A stretch of DNA of 64,000 nucleotides from Nanobdellota archaeon (GTDB lineage Archaea; Nanobdellota; Nanobdellia; Parvarchaeales; Parvarchaeaceae). The stretch lies in the NCBI GenBank assembly GCA_021802505.1, contig JAJZXE010000002.1, positions 11,770 to 75,769 on the forward strand, written 5' to 3'. Positions 61,901-64,000 of the stretch are shown here, in pieces. The position numbers were made by a program, and so were the translations under genes. Within the stretch, counting starts at the first letter, position 1, and every line of letters begins with the position of its first letter. A model generated the notes under the pieces. That model ran no database searches and had not been told where the DNA came from. It saw nothing but the letters and a program-made list of their open reading frames with translations.

Positions 61901-62605
61901 GAAAAATATCGTTTTGTTTGTGCCGGCTTGCAGCGAACCGCCCGCTGGGAACGGGCTGGACTTACAAGCGTGATCGGATACATTGCTTACACGAAATGTG
62001 AAAACTCCATAACTTCCGGTAAACTTTAAACTGTTGTTTACGGAATACTTTGTAACACCGCCGTAGGTAACGCTCCAATTCTCATCCGCAGGAAGATACT
62101 GCTCGTTAAAATAAGTAGTACACTCAGACTTGAAGAAAATTTCTACGGTATTACCTGCCCGGACAATGCCGCCGAACTCGCTCGGAATAAAAACGCAACC
62201 GTTCACAGATACATTATTTATCTGGAAACTTATTGATCTGCTGTCCGAGGTGACAAAGTCGGTATTCGTATTGGAGTAAAACTTATTTGAATCGTAGGAA
62301 ACATGCCATAGAATGCCAGTCGGCAGGCCTGACTCCTTAAAAGTAGCGCTGTAAACCGCAGGCGGCGGGATAGTCACGTTTGTCTTGTTTATGGTAAGGT
62401 TTGTTGTATTTATATGCGAGATTACCGGCCGTGAAAGCAGCTTTGTGATTGAAGCGCCAAGTATATTTGTAGATACTGCGAGGTAAAAAAGGATTACTAC
62501 AAGTATGATTAAAAGAATAAAAAAGGCCGTAAGATGCGGCTTAAAGCTCCTTTTTTCTTTATTACTGTGAACTAAACGTTTAGTGTTATTATTACTGTGA
62601 GTCAT
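49940..62605 (-). CDS. Giant (4221 aa) membrane-anchored surface protein/adhesin with ~30 thermopsin-type repeats and five DUF2341-like modules
   Basis: Uninterrupted ORF; N-terminal TM; F.E.GLP.G..W repeats; five copies of NSQ..T..PFQQ...SWLE...YW modules. Confidence 0.9.
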   Translation of the reverse strand: MTHSNNNTKRLVHSNKEKRSFKPHLTAFFILLIILVVILFYLAVSTNILGASITKLLSRPVISHINTTNLTINKTNVTIPPPAVYSATFKESGLPTGILWHVSYDSNKFYSNTNTDFVTSDSRSISFQINNVSVNGCVFIPSEFGGIVRAGNTVEIFFKSECTTYFNEQYLPADENWSVTYGGVTKYSVNNSLKFTGSYGVFTFRVSNVSDHACKSSPFPAGGSLQAGTNKTIFFITPCTVKTNKVVFLENGLPTGIEWNVSYDNMDNASASGSISFIPSPANFTSNFTVSKVSLGNCLFTPDPAAGSAAPGSIIPINFSSSCLTGFYEEGLPVNETWQVNYDSSSLYNKSPDNISFFVGLGSFPFSVNNVVVNNCTYYPSSNASSPLSSGSRITVVFTPACISTFHERGLPAGLEWSVAYDGIILNSASSSITFSTAPGNFSFNVFNSTRGGCIYSPAPSSGNLSASATATIAFSKVCHTDFASSGLPQGISWEVEYDNQTRDGSYNSTIEFPYYPNTVFSYNVSTIIIGNCTYTPYPANGSITAGALQNIHFSGACSTEFFESGLPSNDNWSVTYDGKTRSTLSNTMFFHTVNGSYSFNASSVLSGGGCYYVPSPSSGSAAAGGNESILYVNECVTAFIDPGLPQGANWSVTYNGIKKNSVTQNISFLMQPGKYYYQISTADYKNCFYEPNVTSGSILVGHPVHVSFSLTSCDTIFTEKDLPAGASWQAALNGSTTDSQSNKIQFTSVPGSYSFSVPKLSIGNCVFSPENGSGAVQAGANVSENFSSSCITAFKESGLPSSMDWTAYFAGQNKSSSSNSISFTSLYGNYSYSVAEVPAGGTCHYYPQPLSGNDTAGVTVNLNFIKECTTTFVENGLYSGTLWSVTYNGATVSSNSNKLSILQIPGNYSFKLYNEHGHNCNFAPLTKSRNTTSGSSVNVSFTPTTCTTYLTERGLPENQDWNATFNYTNSSGTNETSFVTNAGNFSLAVPAVNVSNCIFSTSYPSVVKAGSSIGLHFSATCYSNISEKGLPGTKWYFDLKPYLVNGNYVYQGNNLSTNSSHVEWISQNESRSFSVPGIPITSSCSFVPAPSSGGIAAGQNLKITFSDDCITTFRESGLPSGALWTVKYNGLNGTSSSNILTFTALNGQYNFSSYNVFSNGCNYVPNMTRGTVGSGSSLTIEFAPDYCITTFKENNLPQSYPWNVTYNGSFSKSTSNSISFNTSFSPSSFSYLILPKNISVSGCNINLTSNSGLAKIGSTVNIVYNNFCATYFNETGLPSSTKWSVDFNGITNSSSGSKIIILASPGSHTYYPSIVSVGSGCYYQPDTTKGSLSAGSSVAISYTLECNTTFMQQSLPSGALWNITYNGVTKKSSNQNITFVTSNSSYSFSSYSSIYSGCSYLPSPPSGTLKAGSSEAITFTENTCNTTFIESGLPSGTKWNLTYDGIQLSTSSRNVSVVTPAGIFKLSVANVKIGGCTYYSSPSSGSTVTGSLQKIHFSAKCYTTFNETGLPLNTTWSITYNGIATSSNTNSIKVPSLNGTYVFSASYVGNSTCYYQPSPSSGGLAAGSSKIINYSGGCTTNFIENGLPKSSKWNVVYDGINETSNSSEISFITPPGKFAYSISNLTIDNCFYTVTTNSTAAAGSNIYLVFNQTRCTSYFKESGLPKNINFTLSYNGANKTENDSTGNLISFVTSPGTFNFTAYTIKSGNCLFTPSPLSGHLSAGTSITIGYSALCNTYFNETGLPSGTTWKVTYDGITNFSSTSSLLISSIYSNFSFTVSSIQVSANCYLDPTPSSGSILAGSNKSITFASNCFTGFTETGLPSGTTWKVTYDGIDNSSSQSTILFNVPPGNYSFLVPAVNNSNCFYYSNSSSGYLVSGNYTQLKFTEKYCITTFRESGLPSSTKWNVTFAGVSNSSTTSTIAINSSKGTYSFTVPDQTVNGCVYTPSPQSGNISADSIISVSFSHSYCITTFRETGLPSETTWSAEYNSQSNSSNTTVLSFNTTYGTFTFSTNTIKQGQCTFTPSITKENFTSGSSVNITFSSICYSYFKEAGLPQGYKWEAEFGGKNGLSVNNTLKFITSYSSNYTLVVYPVVKYNSGFVSNVSRTYLPAGSNLTVAFSNDTSAYEKPFVLPVSFYNSQNISTSQPFQQMLSFNSSKYSGYENSRLSNIMFTYQNGSVIPSWLESGNSNRSNNTVYWLKIKSIPSKSGITIYMIFNRTLLQYANNFNNKTTGEAPQLSATYAEYDDGANVFNFYDNFAGTSLNTTKWNSYGSDQTSGSLSGISVNNSLSLTGGGTGGLSHETWIADTNIQWNSNIILDVYEDSPSASTTFRWGMTNTVPGTYFGGNPAFGIQVYKDGNWYTNAYSSAGIQNKIGSYPTNTYNIYSISATESRIIYYLNSYSSAPNAGQTITTNIPAFSSTIFLALTNEYTNPIYVRWVRTRAYPPVGVMPSIDINTTLVTTYLNETGLPQGYNWYALFNGINKSATSNSIMFSTVSGRYNLSVPVLSNVSSTLNCTSTYTPNITQAEENAGTNINIHFSLSDICTTSFVQNGLAPNSLWSVSFDGKNVSSVSSAIPGAVPAYIKYYRVIKIHNSQGVSTVSPLQQVVNLSHSIYAGLAASNFQNVEFFYQNGTIIPSWLANYIYSKYSVYWLNPGSIPANSSTNIYIGFASNSTVVLAKLSNSTSIDLGPYPQPSTGSQLPAELSENYTSCGNFFNMEYGGNLNMICSWGGGDVNIYMAGGNGGYSGLSITGASNGVGYYNHFFNTPYCLSSYGSIYLPPGEYKLATSRGNGGGGCGPGGFILTAPTLPISYPNGVMPKVTFILPNGTITVPDTPFGNYTATASTNSSCSTQSKYVQAGSISFFIGWNCTNKFIENNLPNNITWWVDYNGVNRSNITPKNISITSLSSGSGIYSYKAGFSKGYSLGMTKAGVSTNISLWNYTPSFNETGLPSNTAWKVIYNGKTHTSDINVIHFTDLLGNYSFSLPDNITTSTAVYIPNITKGYMESNGSLAISFSKKSLATPVSVYKYQVLNITNPETISTAQPFQQMINLTITSANSKYINQSGAHSLQNLEFFNTTTGKPINSWLESYHISSGTGYAIYWIKLPNGIQANTTLFDIAVGFASNSTDLFNNKTRGEAPQLSSTYGQYNDIGNVMNSGLQYQIYYDSGGACDSGSYQNNVYSATLNDGVTISSCASMVSSTIPFYTALSGSSQDVDGTTKSNVVINYQEGYSGGAAYPNPPVSNTGNSWIIKAIGWAEVNSATTFYVGSDDGIALGYSTTAGQGNGAYWLGGTSNPNNLVSQWHTEPFTAYSGVESSLGTVRIEMDYYEDGGGAYTALWSNNAVSYYSPTAPPDGIIPSVKFNNLVTNPINLFINGLSNNNVTAIYGQTSNFTVESNNNYVKLWDIINNSVTSLTSFSRNISTYASSPSIGKIRVIGGSNSSSINNISYYETINKAVPSLSLTSKPGVNYTYNGTNLTVTAAISTINSQVTATLYINGVLNKTITTTTTINLGKYANNYTIVLNTSGNANYTSNSVTIKRVINPSLSTLLDYYLPINITNVQSTATPAPFQELVNLSYSNYKQYINLSSGHQFQNVVFYNKTSDKKINSWLENYTSKYALFWIKLPDGIPANTTITNIVIGLVHNSTDLFNNKTTGEAPQLSPTYAEYDDGANVFNFYDNFAGTTLKAGWNSGPSGVTVAVNNGVTITPGGTAGSFAYDGITYSNQTFSAPFIAESLGDIINSTNMVMIGGSNYITPSATSDQFDVNAWANSRGGWYYNGKVALLNGAQNVSTNGTYIAQVIIKNTSSITASILTTTYSVDNNMTASETNYNNPVFYLTLGNPGPGSPNNIIHANWVRVRAYPPSGVMPSISFGQAVIPASVENYAKIAINNSQSAATPQPFQQMINMTSSVYKGYAAPNFQNIEFFYPNGTLIPSWLENYSYSKNALYWIKTGSIPASSSITIYIGFASNSTNLFNNKTTGEAPTLSPNYGEYDDGANVFNFYDNFAGTSLNTTKWNSGNSGGTLTIDNGLTEVVPYNAAAGSYVYLSSASYTVSGAQILESYANTNSFDTTNFRIVPDALTALNNTAWHADNGENENAVGWAGNVQAHSTITAETTTTSAANYFDTSQITSDSNYHIFGVLYPDNGSTSVQYGYTNWGSTTTDVPATPLYVTVSYYLNPAQTTFSTSYNLNVYWVRTRAYPPAGVMPSVTFSSVS
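56240..62345 (-). repeat. 26 tandem ~78-aa (~234 nt) repeats forming the stalk
   Basis: Counted 26 consecutive F.E.GLP...W motifs, most units with two Cys; exact 47-nt duplicate at 57102-57148 and 57336-57382. Confidence 0.85.
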
Positions 62606-62835
62606 ATTCCGTCACACTACTTAAAAAGTAAAGAATTTGACATATATATGGTTTATATGGTGCCGGCGTATAAAAATATTTGATTTTATACAGGAATATC
62701 TGTCCATTACTTTTGAAACAATCTAAAATAACCGGGTTATCTTATTCTGCCTGAATCCATAAAAATACAAAATAATAGATTTTAGACAAAACACAAGCAG
62801 TAGTTAATATTTTATGAAGTACAATATCTAATTAT

Positions 62836-63594
62836 ATGAGAATACTGTCGTGGAACGTGAACGGGTTACGAAGCGTTGCGAGAAAGGGAGCTATACAGAG
62901 CATTCTAGACCCTAAATTGTATGCTGCGGTTCTATTGCAGGAAATAAAGGCCGAAAAGATAGACAATGAACTGGAAAAGAAAGGATATACTGCATATTTA
63001 ATGCCCTCTAAGGATAAAAAAGGCTACAGCGGAGTGGCGACACTGTGCAGAGACAAACCCATAAAAGTAATATACGGTATAGACAATGAAAAATTTGATA
63101 AGGAAGGCAGAGTGATAACACTGGAGTTCAGGGATTATTTCCTGATAAACAGTTACTTTCCCAATTCAAGAAGGGATTTGAGCAGGTTAAGTTATAAAAT
63201 TGAATTTAACCGGCGGATTCTTGAATTTATGGAAAAACTAAGAAAAATCAAGCCAATTATAATAGGGGGAGATTTCAACGTCGCGCACACTGCCTTGGAT
63301 ATAGCAAGACCGAGGGAAAACGAGGGAAACGCCGGTTTTACCGGAGAGGAAAGAGGATTTGTAGATTTGATGATTGAAAAAGGGTATGTTGACACGTTCA
63401 GGATGTTCAATAAAGACAAAGGAAATTATACATGGTGGACTTACCTGTACAAAAGTGCGAGAGAAAACAACATCGGCTGGAGGATAGATTATTTTTTTGT
63501 ATCGAACGAACTGAAAAAAAGAGTCAGATCCGCGGGAATACTGAAAAATCAATTAGGCTCCGACCATGTGCCGGTTTATGTGGAAATCGATTAG
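62836..63594 (+). CDS. xth: Exodeoxyribonuclease III / AP endonuclease
   Basis: SWNVNGLR, LQEIK, GDFNVAH, GWRIDY, SDHVP. Confidence 0.96.
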   Translation: MRILSWNVNGLRSVARKGAIQSILDPKLYAAVLLQEIKAEKIDNELEKKGYTAYLMPSKDKKGYSGVATLCRDKPIKVIYGIDNEKFDKEGRVITLEFRDYFLINSYFPNSRRDLSRLSYKIEFNRRILEFMEKLRKIKPIIIGGDFNVAHTALDIARPRENEGNAGFTGEERGFVDLMIEKGYVDTFRMFNKDKGNYTWWTYLYKSARENNIGWRIDYFFVSNELKKRVRSAGILKNQLGSDHVPVYVEID

Positions 63595-64000
63595 AATACC
63601 GGCTGGTCCTGGAATATGCTTATGCCACCGTTTCCTATGTCGAAAGGATGCATGCCTGTGCTGTGTGATGAAAACCGCATCTTCACTATTGCAATCGCCT
63701 TTTGATAAAAGTTCTGGTTAAAGACCATCGAAAGCAGTATGACCATGTCCGACAGATAAATCGGTATGGCTATATCTTCCGAAAGCTCCATTCTGTTTAT
63801 ATCGCCGTATCTTTCTATTGTAACTAATGCTGTACCAAATTTCCTAAGCATGTTAAACGTTTCTGTAAGTACATTTCTCTGCAGTGACGGATCCTTTATC
63901 TCCCATAACAAAGGGGTAAGCGGATCTATCACTATCCTCGCGTGTTTCTCTTTCCTTGTTTCCAGGATCTTCGGCAGTTCTATCGAAAGAAAGTTCTTGA
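63591..64000 (-). CDS. KaiC/RAD55-family ATPase (partial, 5' end outside window)
   Basis: VIDPLTPL Walker-B region, SDMVILL, IVKMRFSSHS...PFDIGNGGI. Confidence 0.8.
   Translation of the reverse strand, partial: KNFLSIELPKILETRKEKHARIVIDPLTPLLWEIKDPSLQRNVLTETFNMLRKFGTALVTIERYGDINRMELSEDIAIPIYLSDMVILLSMVFNQNFYQKAIAIVKMRFSSHSTGMHPFDIGNGGISIFQDQPVF

Noticed and set aside
1-64000. tRNA, rRNA, CRISPR array, IS element or provirus
   Set aside because: Intergenic gaps are short and AT-rich with no cloverleaf or repeat-spacer pattern seen by eye; no transposase, integrase or capsid motifs

Overview
Gene-dense, AT-rich archaeal chromosome segment with about 70 CDSs. Many genes have a TATA box roughly 25 nt upstream of an apparently leaderless ATG. 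By inference, the gene content (Lhr plus metallophosphoesterase, KaiC-like ATPase, DUF981, GlpA plus CoxG, a giant thermopsin-repeat/DUF2341 surface protein, many orphans) fits an acidophilic DPANN archaeon such as Parvarchaeales/ARMAN. I saw no rRNA, tRNA, CRISPR array, transposase or integrase. Housekeeping and stress genes include nth, xth, dcd, sod, bcp, deoC, DEAD-box, UvrD and Lhr helicases, and MFS/ABC transporters. Main observations: (1) three paralogous, ATGA-coupled pairs of small 3-TM membrane genes sharing a KHR[KR]DKAPL motif, two of which flank a pyruvoyl decarboxylase; (2) more than ten unrelated orphan proteins sharing a short N-terminal L-[DE]-x-[ILV]-[ILV]-like helix, a candidate targeting or export tag; (3) a 4221-aa surface protein with a 26-repeat Cys-paired stalk and five DUF2341-like modules whose conserved flanks bracket unrelated inserts; (4) a doubled ATATC-N7-GATAT site in front of both the PadR-ABC operon and a distant MFS pump; (5) an orphan b6-type cytochrome b; (6) several enzymes with altered active-site motifs. 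All family assignments come from motif recognition by eye, not from database searches.
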